A stretch of 64,000 nucleotides of DNA from a virus. Numbering within the stretch: the stretch's first letter is position 1; each line of letters starts with the position of its first letter. The notes beneath the pieces were generated by a model. That model was not told where the DNA came from, did no database searches, and worked only from the letters and a program-made list of their open reading frames with translations. A program made the translations under genes and the position numbers. Location: positions 7,318 to 71,317 of the IMG/VR virus record IMGVR_UViG_3300042691_019356. One strand, given 5' to 3'. Below, piece by piece: positions 48,496-58,117 of the stretch.

Positions 48496-50177
48496 CAGAA
48501 CCTGAGCCTCCAACGGTGTTGGGCGACGGTGCCACCAGTGCTACACCAAGCCTCAATAGCCGTAGCATCTGGAGTTACAGCAACCCCGCTGAAATCGGGA
48601 ACAGTCTGGGCACTTGTGCCAACATCGCCCCCAGCGCTAATATATCCGTCTGTAGTCGAACCCGTTAAGCTGAATGCTGGTGACAATGAAAGCCTGAATA
48701 CTGAGTATGAGTTTGTTCCGACTGCGTAAAGCTTGCGACCATCCGGTGATAAATCAATGCCGTTAATCGCCCCTACACCCATTGCCTGCGACTGCTCTGA
48801 TCCTGCGGTATGTAATCGCCCTGCAGTGCTCAGGGTATATCGGTATAAGTTTGAAGAAGCATCAGCTATAAACAGGCTGGTATCGCCGTTCGCAAGCATA
48901 ATCGAGTCGTATCGCAAACGAGATATACCAAGAGCCATCCCCTCAACCGTACTGATGTCCCAAGCCGTACCAAGTGTCGCCTGGTAGACGCAAAGCCGAG
49001 TATCATCCAACCAGTAAAGTTTTGTCCCAGAATCGCCAATATACAAATCGCGAAGGCCATCTGCAGAAAAGAAAGGCCCCTGTGCAGACTGAAAACTTAA
49101 GTTAGTGCTACCGGTGTCCCATGCGCTACCGGTTAGGTTGAACGTTCTGATCGTTCCTGCGGTGTTCCCTGCTGCATACAGCCTAGTTCCGTCCTTGAAA
49201 AAAACAGAATTAGGTGCCGTATCACCGAGACCACTTGATTCTGACGTAAACGTTACACTGGCCAAACTGTAGGCACTGCCAAGGGCGTAACGCACTATGT
49301 TGTCGCCAGTTGGCCCGACAACATATAGATCGTTGCCTGAGTTCCCAAAGTCGAATCCGAGTGGAGTAGCCTCTTGGGTTGACACACTATAGCTAACGTT
49401 ATCATAAGTGAGTGCTCCCGTTGTAGTTGTGTACGCAGGGCTCACGCTGTATTGGTAGATTGTATCGTTTCCGCTGTTAAGCACAAAGAGCTTGGTGCCG
49501 TCGGCGTTGAACCTCACTTTTACCGGTGTAGTTGCCTGTGTTGCTACGCTTGCGGATCCCTGAAAGGATGCCGACGATATATCCCAGGCTGTCGAAAGGT
49601 TGTATTGATTTATGTCATCCCCGCTTGTCCCAATCACGAACAGACGAGTCCCATCAGGCTTGAAAGTAAATCCCTGCGGTAGCGCTTCTTCGCCGCCTAC
49701 ATATAGTTTTTTCACCAGAGGCGTAGCGCTGTCTAGCTCCCACGCCGTTGATAAGTCAAACTCTACAAGTCGCTCATCCACGGCTGCCGCCGCGTTATAT
49801 CCACCAGCATATAACTTTGTTCCAGCCGCGTTAAAAGTTACGGTATTGCAGTTTAGCATCCAATCGCCCAGCACAATAGATTTACTGGGGTTGGTACGAC
49901 TAGCCAGGTCGTAAGGGGCGCCGAGATTGAGCTGATGGACCGCTGCCGTCGTCCTGGTGCCACCAAGTACCGTGACGTAAGCGCGAGTGCCCTGCTTGCC
50001 ATAAACCACTTGCCGGATCGTGCCAGAGATGCCAGTGATGTTGTTGACGTCATAGGCATAGGCGGTCATCGGTGCGCGACCTTGAGCACTTGAGGCATAT
50101 CGCAGCCCGTCATCCATGGAATAGATGCCAGAAGTCCTGGTGAGATCAACCTGCCTACCCATCAATCCGAGTCTCAT
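48495..50177 (-). CDS. repeat (beta-propeller-like) protein, 560 aa
   Basis: At least 8 repeats of roughly 45-60 aa, each ending in a (Y/F)xLSTAWD(I/T)S-type motif preceded by G(T/K)KL(Y/F). Confidence 0.5.
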   Translation of the reverse strand: MRLGLMGRQVDLTRTSGIYSMDDGLRYASSAQGRAPMTAYAYDVNNITGISGTIRQVVYGKQGTRAYVTVLGGTRTTAAVHQLNLGAPYDLASRTNPSKSIVLGDWMLNCNTVTFNAAGTKLYAGGYNAAAAVDERLVEFDLSTAWELDSATPLVKKLYVGGEEALPQGFTFKPDGTRLFVIGTSGDDINQYNLSTAWDISSASFQGSASVATQATTPVKVRFNADGTKLFVLNSGNDTIYQYSVSPAYTTTTGALTYDNVSYSVSTQEATPLGFDFGNSGNDLYVVGPTGDNIVRYALGSAYSLASVTFTSESSGLGDTAPNSVFFKDGTRLYAAGNTAGTIRTFNLTGSAWDTGSTNLSFQSAQGPFFSADGLRDLYIGDSGTKLYWLDDTRLCVYQATLGTAWDISTVEGMALGISRLRYDSIMLANGDTSLFIADASSNLYRYTLSTAGRLHTAGSEQSQAMGVGAINGIDLSPDGRKLYAVGTNSYSVFRLSLSPAFSLTGSTTDGYISAGGDVGTSAQTVPDFSGVAVTPDATAIEAWCSTGGTVAQHRWRLRF

Positions 50178-50539
50178 TAGCCCATCCTCTTTTCAGTCCA
50201 AGTAATTTCAAGATCACCAGCGGCGCTGGCCTGAGCACGCAAGCTGTAGCCCTCTTTCAGAAAGACTTCGCCGTTGCGGGCAAGCACAACCTGCGTTGCG
50301 TCAGCCGGCACCGTCAACGTCTTGCAGTAGCTGTATCCAGTGGTGCCGTTGAACAGTTCCACGGTAATGTCTGCCGCGTTGACGCCATCTACGTTGGCCA
50401 CCATCAGATTCGTGATGTGGACCACCGTGTTGCTGTTGCTGCTGTTGCTGACGAATGCCGTCATTGACGTGGTGACGGCATAACCTTCACTGCCGGCATA
50501 CACGGGAATGGTGCTGCTGTTGATGTTGGGGTTGGCCAT
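50177..50539 (-). CDS. hypothetical structural protein (120 aa)
   Basis: ORF in the train. Composition suggests a beta-rich protein. Confidence 0.4.
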   Translation of the reverse strand: MANPNINSSTIPVYAGSEGYAVTTSMTAFVSNSSNSNTVVHITNLMVANVDGVNAADITVELFNGTTGYSYCKTLTVPADATQVVLARNGEVFLKEGYSLRAQASAAGDLEITWTEKRMG

Positions 50540-50540
50540 G

Positions 50541-50906
50541 TTAAAACACTAAAGAGGCAGCAAGGCTGCTCATGCCAGCGCTACCGCCCGTTGCAGTTAT
50601 CGTGGTGCCGCTAATGCTTAGCCCACTACCTACTTCCAGATATGTCAACTTGCCAGCGCTATCATCCCAGAACGCCAGTCGATCGGCGCCAGGATCATCT
50701 GCACTGATCTCACCGGCAATAGCTGACAGCACATCAGCGGCGCTGGCGGCAATCGTGACACTGCCCGTACCACCAGCCGGCGGGTCGTCCCACACGGCAG
50801 GCGCCCCAGGCCCCGCTGAGTATGGGATCTGCCCAGGAATGCCGGCACTACCACCAAGCAGCAGGGCACCCTTCAGGTCAACGTCGGCGTGGAACTCTTT
50901 TGCCAT
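50541..50906 (-). CDS. Gly/Ala/Ser-rich fibre-associated protein (121 aa)
   Basis: ORF coupled to the fibre-like gene upstream. Confidence 0.4.
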   Translation of the reverse strand: MAKEFHADVDLKGALLLGGSAGIPGQIPYSAGPGAPAVWDDPPAGGTGSVTIAASAADVLSAIAGEISADDPGADRLAFWDDSAGKLTYLEVGSGLSISGTTITATGGSAGMSSLAASLVF

Positions 50907-51697
50907 CAGCCAGTCACCACAGCAGTAAACTGGTTGGAAGTCGGCGCCAAAGTGAACAGCAGCGTCAGCGCTGACGTGCTGGTATGACGCACCTCGGCTT
51001 CAATCTGGTCGTAATTTCCCGAGTTCCTGTAGATCGCCACCTGTAGCGCCCGAGTGCCAAGGTTGTGCGTCAGCGTGAAACTGGTAGCCGAGCCGTCGCC
51101 AATATCACTTGTATAGCGCTTCGTCTTGCCACTCCAAGTCGTTAGCTTCAGCGGCGTGATAGCCCGCTGATCGTCCGTACCAACATCAGTTTCGGCTTGC
51201 GTGGCGATTTCGATTCGGCCGGCGGTCGTCTCGCTTGCCAGCGGGATCACAGCAGCAAACGCAGTCCATACAACATTGCTGCTGTCAATCGTTCCGTTTA
51301 CCTGTGTCTGCCGCCATTGCGTGCCACCATCCGTACCTTCTTCGACGGTGACAACCGCAGCTTCCAGTTCGGCAAACGTCGAAGCATCCAGTGCCCGCGT
51401 CATTGGCGTCGCGGCCCCGGTCCACACGTAAATCCCGTTCCCTGGCTCGCTGGTCTGCAGTCGCACCAGCACCCGATCGCCACTGCTCATGCTGATGCCG
51501 TCGATCGTGGCGCCAGGAGCAGACAGGTTGATGTTTCCCTGCGTGCTGACACGTACGGAATCCTTCCAGGCCAGTCCCTCGACAAACGTCCGAACCTGCG
51601 CAAGGGTTGCGGGCTCCTGCGGATCAGTGGCATCCGGCAGGTTCAGAATCCTGCTAGCGCTCAGCAGGTCAAGATCGACGTAAATGGGACGAGCCAT
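50906..51697 (-). CDS. fibre-like protein (263 aa)
   Basis: N-terminal ILNLPDATDPQEPATLAQV and ASETTAGRIEIATQAETDVGTDDQRAITPLKL motifs are common in phage tail/head fibre N-termini. Confidence 0.5.
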   Translation of the reverse strand: MARPIYVDLDLLSASRILNLPDATDPQEPATLAQVRTFVEGLAWKDSVRVSTQGNINLSAPGATIDGISMSSGDRVLVRLQTSEPGNGIYVWTGAATPMTRALDASTFAELEAAVVTVEEGTDGGTQWRQTQVNGTIDSSNVVWTAFAAVIPLASETTAGRIEIATQAETDVGTDDQRAITPLKLTTWSGKTKRYTSDIGDGSATSFTLTHNLGTRALQVAIYRNSGNYDQIEAEVRHTSTSALTLLFTLAPTSNQFTAVVTG

Positions 51698-51699
51698 GA

Positions 51700-52008
51700 T
51701 CAGGTAAGCCTTGCGAGGCCAGCGACGGGAATGTTGAAGTTGACAACGGTGACGTTATCGGAAAGGTGAAAGACGTCACCATCAATTTCCTGGCTTGCTG
51801 TATTCAGAAGCTCAACACTTGGCTTGAGACCAAGATTGTGGGAAATTGTCCACGTTGTAGATGGAGATGTCTGTGTGTGGATGTAGGTTGGAGCTGATGG
51901 GCCTGGGGGACCAGGGACGAGGATTTTCACAATTCTAACGCCGCCGTCCTCGACAACATTGATAATCGGACGGATTGCCCCAGATACGCTGATTGATGGC
52001 TCGGTCAT
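51700..52008 (-). CDS. small beta-rich structural protein (102 aa)
   Basis: ORF in the train with ATGA-type junctions. Confidence 0.4.
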   Translation of the reverse strand: MTEPSISVSGAIRPIINVVEDGGVRIVKILVPGPPGPSAPTYIHTQTSPSTTWTISHNLGLKPSVELLNTASQEIDGDVFHLSDNVTVVNFNIPVAGLARLT

Positions 52009-52352
52009 GGCAGTGCCTCTGTTGAGCGCTCGTCAAGAGGAGCGGGACCACGCAAGTAATGATCCCTGGTGCCATCCGAATTGATGATAAGCAAATCCCA
52101 GGCAGCATCTTTTGTAACTGTCTTCGTTACAGTCCACGGGGCCTCAAGCCTTACCTTCAGGGTCGGCGTAAGCTGTGTCACAACAACCGTCAACTGAAAT
52201 AAAAGCTCCCTTGGCTCGCAGCCACTAGACCAAACTTGGGCAACAACCGTTTTGCCGCTGCCGGAAAACGGAAATTCAAACTCTTCCCGCAACGTCGCCT
52301 TTTGCGGAATAACCAACGCATAAGTAGCTGGAATTACGGTTGCCGAGGTCAT
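52005..52352 (-). CDS. hypothetical structural protein (115 aa)
   Basis: First ORF after the capsid-gene terminator. Confidence 0.4.
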   Translation of the reverse strand: MTSATVIPATYALVIPQKATLREEFEFPFSGSGKTVVAQVWSSGCEPRELLFQLTVVVTQLTPTLKVRLEAPWTVTKTVTKDAAWDLLIINSDGTRDHYLRGPAPLDERSTEALP

Positions 52353-52399
52353 GGCTCATGCTGTTGTGCGGCGGAAAGCCGCCAAACCAATGCTAGCCA

Positions 52400-52427
52400 T
52401 GAAAAAGCCCCCCATTGCAGGAGGGCT
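52400..52427 (-). terminator. intrinsic terminator after the capsid gene
   Basis: The minus strand reads AGCCCTCC-TGCAAT-GGGGGGCT followed by TTTTTC. A second hairpin GGCGG-CTTT-CCGCC follows at 52370-52383. Confidence 0.65.
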
Positions 52428-52452
52428 TAATCACTCGATCAACTAGAAGTGA

Positions 52453-53436
52453 TCAGACGTAGCAACGAAGGCGGGTGATGCGGATGTTGCGGTTGTCGGT
52501 GAACACTTTCTGCCAGTTGGAACCGGTAGAAAGTTCAGCGTTGGTAGGGGCGTTACCGGCAGCGTTACCGACCCAGCTAATCCCGTTCGGGTGAATCATG
52601 TAGTGGGTGCGGTTGATCAGGTAGTCGATACCCATCAGCTTGTCCCGATCGGTTTCGAGCGGGTTCTTGGCGGGAGCATTTGCATAGGCAAAAGCGCCAG
52701 GGCCGAAGAAGTAGGTGTGATGGACATCGGCACCACCGGTACCAGCACCAGCGTCATACGGAAGTGTGTTGTCAACGAACACTGGGCGACCGAGATAGGT
52801 GCCAAGTTCCAGGCGCTGCGCGGACAGGCGGCTGTCGAGCTGCGATGTGGTAGACGCCGGAATGATGAGGTCCATCTTCATCAGCGCGTAGTAAACCTCA
52901 CTACGCATCATGATGCCGGTCAGCTCCTGGCCCGCGTCGCCCAGCTTGGCGATACCATCAACCATCGCGCTTTGCGAAAGCTGAGTAGAGGTGCCGCCAA
53001 CAGCGTGACTACTGGCCAGAGGGCCGCCGGTATTGAACAGACCCTGCATGATGTTGATCGCAGTCTTCTGCATGTCACGCACCCAGTATTGACCGGTGCG
53101 ACGAGCAGTGGCCTGCATCGGGTCAGCACCAGAAAGCTCACCAGCGAGATCGCTGGCCTTCCAGGCGCGGCCACGCATGTTGCGAACACCGGTCTGCACG
53201 TCACCGGTCAGGGTGGCGGGGCTCAGGCCAGATGTATCGCTCAGGATCTCCGAATCACCCGAGAGATCACCGAAGAAAGGAAGGTCGATCGTCTTGCCGC
53301 CTTTGGCAAACTCAGCCTGGATAGCAGAGTTCGTCACCATGAGGCCGGAGGAAACCAGGGCATTGCGATCCTGGATTTCTTCCTGTTGGTACTCAAGAAA
53401 GAGAGTGGGGATAAAAGGAACGCCTGCGAGCAGCAT
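52453..53436 (-). CDS. major capsid protein (HK97-fold candidate, 327 aa)
   Basis: Size, position after the scaffold gene, a private leader, and strong terminators on both sides all suggest a highly expressed gene. Confidence 0.6.
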   Translation of the reverse strand: MLLAGVPFIPTLFLEYQQEEIQDRNALVSSGLMVTNSAIQAEFAKGGKTIDLPFFGDLSGDSEILSDTSGLSPATLTGDVQTGVRNMRGRAWKASDLAGELSGADPMQATARRTGQYWVRDMQKTAINIMQGLFNTGGPLASSHAVGGTSTQLSQSAMVDGIAKLGDAGQELTGIMMRSEVYYALMKMDLIIPASTTSQLDSRLSAQRLELGTYLGRPVFVDNTLPYDAGAGTGGADVHHTYFFGPGAFAYANAPAKNPLETDRDKLMGIDYLINRTHYMIHPNGISWVGNAAGNAPTNAELSTGSNWQKVFTDNRNIRITRLRCYV

Positions 53437-53572
53437 TGTCCTTAATGCGAGTGTACGAGGGGTTGCGGTACGACCGCTAGACGGTTCAGCTTCACAGCAC
53501 TGCTGCTGGACCGCCTAGCGATCCTGCTGCGAGGCACGGCCTCATTGCCTAGATGATAGCCACTGGCTACGG

Positions 53573-53606
53573 AGAAACAAACAAAAGCCGGGGTGTTATC
53601 CCCGGC
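53573..53606 (-). terminator. intrinsic terminator
   Basis: The minus strand reads GCCGGGG-ATAACA-CCCCGGC followed by TTTTGTTTGTTTCTCC. Confidence 0.7.
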
Positions 53607-53627
53607 GTACATTGCAAGATCGTGTGA

Positions 53628-53903
53628 TCAGTTCAGGGTATAGCCCTTACCAGTCAGCACAGCCTTTTCGCCAGCATCGAGAGCAGCCCAACCAGCACAG
53701 CCACTGGCGGTAATGGTTTTGGTACCAGTGACGGTAGGAGCCTGGGCAAACAGCGAATTCAGTTGAGCTTCGGTGAAAGCATCGGGAAGCACGAAAGTCC
53801 AGTTCTTCACGGAATCCGTAGCAATACGAATTGCAGTCAGAACTTCGTCAACTTCGGTCGTGATCTGACGAGCGATGACATTGCGATCAGTTTTGAGGGC
53901 CAT
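53628..53903 (-). CDS. small head-associated protein (91 aa; decoration candidate)
   Basis: Position just upstream of the capsid gene. Confidence 0.35.
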   Translation of the reverse strand: MALKTDRNVIARQITTEVDEVLTAIRIATDSVKNWTFVLPDAFTEAQLNSLFAQAPTVTGTKTITASGCAGWAALDAGEKAVLTGKGYTLN

Positions 53904-54177
53904 GGCTGGAATGGAACGTTCCGTCTTCCATGTTAGCGACAGTCTCCGGTTGGACTATCTCCAGTAGGCTATATCGTCTTTGAACAAGCTCTTTCTTCAA
54001 TTCTTCAATTTGCTTTTCGCTTGGCATGTAGGAAACATCGACCGTTGCAACTTCTCCCGCAACAAAGTTAATTGAAAACGATGTTACGGTTTCGTAGTTT
54101 TCAACTCCAAGCGCCCTCAAAATATCCAATACCAGCGGGTTCTGGGAACTCACTGCACGAAATTGCTCCATTGTCAC
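53887..54177 (-). CDS. hypothetical protein (96 aa)
   Basis: ORF in the train. Confidence 0.4.
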   Translation of the reverse strand: MTMEQFRAVSSQNPLVLDILRALGVENYETVTSFSINFVAGEVATVDVSYMPSEKQIEELKKELVQRRYSLLEIVQPETVANMEDGTFHSSHGPQN

Positions 54178-54461
54178 TTTGCTACAGGACGCTTGGTGGA
54201 TTGTGTGCGAGCCCTGGTAGCGGGCTTTGGGGCATCCACTACAAGTTCACGCGATTGCACGGATCGGCTAATCTCCGGGTTTTCGGTCCAGTAGCCACGC
54301 TCGTAGCCAATGCGAGCCGCAGGCCCGAGGCCCATGATTGCCAGCGCAGCCGTCCATCTGGATTCACTCCAGCCACCAGTACCCGCATAGATCATGCCAA
54401 TGACCATCGGCAGAAACATCGAGATGTCAATCTGCCCACGAAACAGTTTTCCCATTGTCAA
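54174..54461 (-). CDS. small membrane protein (95 aa, two hydrophobic segments)
   Basis: Hydrophobic segments ISMFLPMVIGMIYAG and WTAALAIMGLGPAA. Confidence 0.4.
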   Translation of the reverse strand: MTMGKLFRGQIDISMFLPMVIGMIYAGTGGWSESRWTAALAIMGLGPAARIGYERGYWTENPEISRSVQSRELVVDAPKPATRARTQSTKRPVAK

Positions 54462-54791
54462 TCAGCAGATAGAGCTTGAAATCAGGGTAGCCACAACAAT
54501 CCATTTTACCTTATCAGCCCAATAGGCAGCCGACAGCTTTCCTTTTTTAATGTTTTTGGCATGGCGAGCTTTGAAAGATCGCTGCCTGGCTTTTTCACTT
54601 GCGGAACTTGGATTGCTGCCAGCGCCCTGCACACCCTGCTGGCCAAAACGAATTAGCTTATAGGTATCGCCTTCTTTTGCCATCACGACATGAGATTTTT
54701 TGTCGTGACTTGGAGTCCGCTTAGGCTTGTTGACACCAGAAAGGCCAAGCCTCTTCATGGTGCTTTTGACCCGCTCAGGTGTTGCCGCCAT
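54462..54791 (-). CDS. small basic protein (109 aa)
   Basis: Lys/Arg-rich. Contains NKPKRTPSHDKKSH..V.AKEGD..K.IRFGQQG and RHAKNIKKGKLSAAYWA.KVKW motifs. Confidence 0.5.
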   Translation of the reverse strand: MAATPERVKSTMKRLGLSGVNKPKRTPSHDKKSHVVMAKEGDTYKLIRFGQQGVQGAGSNPSSASEKARQRSFKARHAKNIKKGKLSAAYWADKVKWIVVATLISSSIC

Positions 54792-54838
54792 CTCTGATCA
54801 TCCACAAATAGCTTCAGTTGTAATTTTAGCCATTGCCG

Positions 54839-55102
54839 CTAGGAGCGCTTCTTCCTTTTGTGTTGATAGCCAATTCTCTTTGAGCTTGTCTTCTCTCTCT
54901 TGAACTTATCTTTTTCTTTCTTGGAAAGCTCGCCTGAAGTCTTTGGTGTTTCGGAGGATACCCGCTTTGATGGTCGGCAGGCCGGATACCCTTTACGCTT
55001 TTCACCCTCCTGTCTGCCACAGGGCTTGCCAGTCTTGACGTCAATCCACTTTTCAGCAAACCAACGGCCCAAGCCGCCCCTTGGCTTTTTACTTTTTGCC
55101 AC
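54839..55102 (-). CDS. small basic protein (87 aa, GTG start)
   Basis: KWIDVKTGKPCGR...GYPACRP motif followed by a Lys-rich tail. Confidence 0.45.
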   Translation of the reverse strand: MAKSKKPRGGLGRWFAEKWIDVKTGKPCGRQEGEKRKGYPACRPSKRVSSETPKTSGELSKKEKDKFKREKTSSKRIGYQHKRKKRS

Positions 55103-55259
55103 TCTTTACCTCCTGGGTTTTATAGCCACCGCCACGCCTCTTGTACTCACGAACAAGCCATCCATTTGCATAGGCACTTGGATAAACCTTGAACTTTCTT
55201 TTTGCCTCGGCCTTAACCCTTGCGTAAAGAGCTTTGTCGGTTGGAATGTTCTTTTTCAT
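55089..55259 (-). CDS. small basic protein (56 aa, below the ORF-track cutoff)
   Basis: Hand translation gives MKKNIPTDKALYARVKAEAKRKFKVYPSAYANGWLVREYKRRGGGYK... ATGA junction with the upstream stop. Confidence 0.45.
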   Translation of the reverse strand: MKKNIPTDKALYARVKAEAKRKFKVYPSAYANGWLVREYKRRGGGYKTQEVKSGKK

Positions 55260-55411
55260 TTTCCGCCCTTTTTGGTTTTTGGCTTTTTCTTGCTCTTGCT
55301 GGCTTTGGAATAAGCAATGGCAATCGCTTGCTTTTGCGGATAGCCTTCATCCATCAGCTTCTTCACGTTGGAAGACATTGCCTTGCTGGATTTACCAGAT
55401 TTCAGTGGCAT
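55256..55411 (-). CDS. small basic protein (51 aa)
   Basis: Internal ATG gives MPLKSGKSSKAMSSNVKKLMDEGYPQKQAIAIAYSKA followed by a Lys tail. Confidence 0.4.
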   Translation of the reverse strand: MPLKSGKSSKAMSSNVKKLMDEGYPQKQAIAIAYSKASKSKKKPKTKKGGK

Positions 55412-55442
55412 AGTATTTCGGCGGTTGGCCCAGTCTAGGCAC

Positions 55443-55468
55443 AAAAAAAAGACCCCCTCGCGGAGGTC
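55443..55468 (-). terminator. intrinsic terminator after the scaffold gene
   Basis: The minus strand reads GACCTCC-GCGA-GGGGGTC followed by a run of eight T. Confidence 0.75.
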
Positions 55469-55492
55469 TCATAGCCCAAGTCCCTTCCGATC

Positions 55493-56341
55493 TTAGGACG
55501 CCGAGAGCGCACGGCCAATGATCGGATCGAGCTTGCCGGCCAGCCTTGCATCTTGCATCAGACGACGACCCTTGCTCGGATCTTCGGTCATGATCCTTGC
55601 CGCTTCGGTTGCGTTTGCAGATCCAACGGCGAAAGGATTGTTGGACATCGGAACGGAAGTGCGAGAGGCGGGCAGGCCAGAACCACTCGCGCCAGATCCT
55701 CGGAAGTAAATTGAATACTCCTCATCTTCACGAAGCTTCGTTGCAGCATCACGAAGAGTAACCGGATCATCCTCGGAGCCAAAAACAGCGGTTTCATCAT
55801 CATCGAGGAGATGAAACTTATCTTGCAGCAGCTTGTAGACATGGCTCGGCCGCTGGCAATCGGCCCTTTCGAGTTCCTGAACAACCTTGGATTGCAGAAT
55901 GCTTTGGCGACGCAGTTGCTTTTCGCGTTGCGCCATCTGATCTTTCTGCACATTCTCCTCGGTCAGGCGGTTGATCTGGTTCTGCAGGGCCGACAGCTGC
56001 GCCCGCAGGGCCGAGTCCACCGCCTCGCTGGGAGTTTCCCCGCTGGACTGGCCAGAGGGCTGCTGCTGGGTCTCCTGGGTGCCAGTGGCGGTGGTGCCGG
56101 TGCGAACAGCGGTGACAGCCTGGATCACCTGATCTTCAAAGTTCTCGGCATTCAAGTCAATACCAGCAGCCTTGATCAGTGATTCAACGGTTTTCTTTTT
56201 CCGTAGATCAGCAAGCAGGCCGGACTTGGTGCCCTCAAGACTCTTGATCTTGATGGCCTGTTCGTCCAGCTTGCGTTGCAGCTCCTCGATGGTCAGGTTG
56301 CTGGAGTCGTTGGTGGTGGGGTCTTGGGATTCGGGAGGCAC
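55493..56341 (-). CDS. scaffolding protein candidate (282 aa, GTG start)
   Basis: Helical coiled-coil composition. Lies between the portal and capsid genes. Confidence 0.5.
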   Translation of the reverse strand: MPPESQDPTTNDSSNLTIEELQRKLDEQAIKIKSLEGTKSGLLADLRKKKTVESLIKAAGIDLNAENFEDQVIQAVTAVRTGTTATGTQETQQQPSGQSSGETPSEAVDSALRAQLSALQNQINRLTEENVQKDQMAQREKQLRRQSILQSKVVQELERADCQRPSHVYKLLQDKFHLLDDDETAVFGSEDDPVTLRDAATKLREDEEYSIYFRGSGASGSGLPASRTSVPMSNNPFAVGSANATEAARIMTEDPSKGRRLMQDARLAGKLDPIIGRALSAS

Positions 56342-56387
56342 GAACAGTTTGCGTTGTGACTATTGGAAGTGTAGCACCGAACGGGGA

Positions 56388-58088
56388 TCAGGATTCCCTG
56401 CTTTCGACGCTCGCTTCCATGCTCTCGCCCTCCAGCGCTCTGCCAGTAGCTTCCTCCATAGTGTTCTGCATGTTGTTTGTTGCAGGGGGCTCCGGGGCAA
56501 GCTGTTCCTTGTTGGGGCCGATTCCGAGATCCTTTGCGGTCTCGCTTCCCTCCAGGCCCATCTTTTCAAGCAGTGTCTTAACGCTGAAGTTCGGCAAGCC
56601 TTCAAACAGCTCACCAGCATCGAGCATTTCAAGAAATGTGCCAATGGGAATAGCATTGGAATCCTTGAACAAGCTGCTGTATGCCATGACTTGCTGGCTA
56701 TGAAGCTTGACGGGAATGAAGTTCTTGCTAATCGTAATTTCAATCGGTGGGTAGTTGCGGTAGGCGGAGGCGTACATCAACGCTGCATTCAGGCAGTCCT
56801 GCAGTGAACTGATCAGCACAGCAAGTTGCGAATCAGATTGAGAGCGATCGAGCAGCTTGGCAAAGCCTGATTCAACCTGTGTTTTGCCAGGTGTCATCGT
56901 CACGGCAGCTAACTTGTCCATCGCGGCTTCAATCCGTGCAAGTTCTTTCAATGTTGTGTCGGCACCCTCCATGCCAGGAGACAGCATTCCAAACCTTGCA
57001 TCTGGATTAGCGCTAAACAAGGCACGACCAGCACCAGAAAAAATCTCTTCATCCGGCCTGATGCCAGTACCGGTCAGCATCGTGGACGCATTGAGGTGAA
57101 TGTTCTCGGAAAGATCAGCAGAAACGGCCCAGTGGTGCAGATTGAGGCGGGCAACGTCATACAGAAGTGGACGGGCACGGAAAAATGCCTCTTTTTTGCC
57201 GCCGTAGCAGGGCCGGAAGGGAATAAATGACAGCGAAAGGATGGTTGTCATGCCTTCATTAAGCAAATATCTGTTGACATTCTCGTTTCCGGTGTCTTTT
57301 TCGTAAATACGGCAACGAACACGCTCTTCAACGACATCGCTACCAGGATTTTGGTACGGAATCAGATCGTAAACAACGACAGTAGGAATAACTTCCTCAA
57401 AATGTTCGTTTTCAAGGCTTGGGCGACGAATTTCCGACTTGATTCGCAGATATGTAACGCGAGTATCGTACCTCGTAACCCCATTGATTGTTACCGGGCC
57501 ACGATCATCACGAATATCAAGCACATCATCAGTCGGAATAATGACAAAATAGGGCCTGGCATTCAGCATGATCTCCTCGGCGGACGTAATTCCGTCGCGC
57601 ATTCGTGGATATTCAGACCAAATGCCGGCAACACCACCATTCAGAGCCTTCGTGAACAGCTCTTTAGTGAACGAAGTGATGGCATTGCCCTGGAGATCGA
57701 CGTTTTTGAAGAATTCTTCCCATTGCGGAGGTACGTCCTGGGGAAGGATTACCCCTTTTCGCAGTGCTGTACCAACAATCAGGTCAACAAGATGGCTATA
57801 ATACGGCTCGAAACACGTCAGTGCACGGGTTTTGCGGACGTTGTAAGACTCCGGGTGCTCTCGATGATCTTGCGGAATCGTTCCAGGCGCCGCTTCATCA
57901 AGCCAATACTCGGGATAGGTGCAGAATTTGATCGGCATCAGCCGTGTCATCTGCTGCGCTTGCTCGGGAGAGTAGGAATCAGCATCTACAACCTCTTCCA
58001 GGAATGTTTCCTGTTCCGGGAACCGACGCTCAAACGGATCGAGATTATCGTCGGCCCCGAGAATCAGCGAGCTGGGCGTGGCAATCAT
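56388..58088 (-). CDS. portal protein (566 aa)
   Basis: Size and position downstream of terL and upstream of the scaffold gene. Confidence 0.6.
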   Translation of the reverse strand: MIATPSSLILGADDNLDPFERRFPEQETFLEEVVDADSYSPEQAQQMTRLMPIKFCTYPEYWLDEAAPGTIPQDHREHPESYNVRKTRALTCFEPYYSHLVDLIVGTALRKGVILPQDVPPQWEEFFKNVDLQGNAITSFTKELFTKALNGGVAGIWSEYPRMRDGITSAEEIMLNARPYFVIIPTDDVLDIRDDRGPVTINGVTRYDTRVTYLRIKSEIRRPSLENEHFEEVIPTVVVYDLIPYQNPGSDVVEERVRCRIYEKDTGNENVNRYLLNEGMTTILSLSFIPFRPCYGGKKEAFFRARPLLYDVARLNLHHWAVSADLSENIHLNASTMLTGTGIRPDEEIFSGAGRALFSANPDARFGMLSPGMEGADTTLKELARIEAAMDKLAAVTMTPGKTQVESGFAKLLDRSQSDSQLAVLISSLQDCLNAALMYASAYRNYPPIEITISKNFIPVKLHSQQVMAYSSLFKDSNAIPIGTFLEMLDAGELFEGLPNFSVKTLLEKMGLEGSETAKDLGIGPNKEQLAPEPPATNNMQNTMEEATGRALEGESMEASVESRES

Positions 58089-58117
58089 GGTTTTATCACT
58101 TTGCCACCATTATAGCC

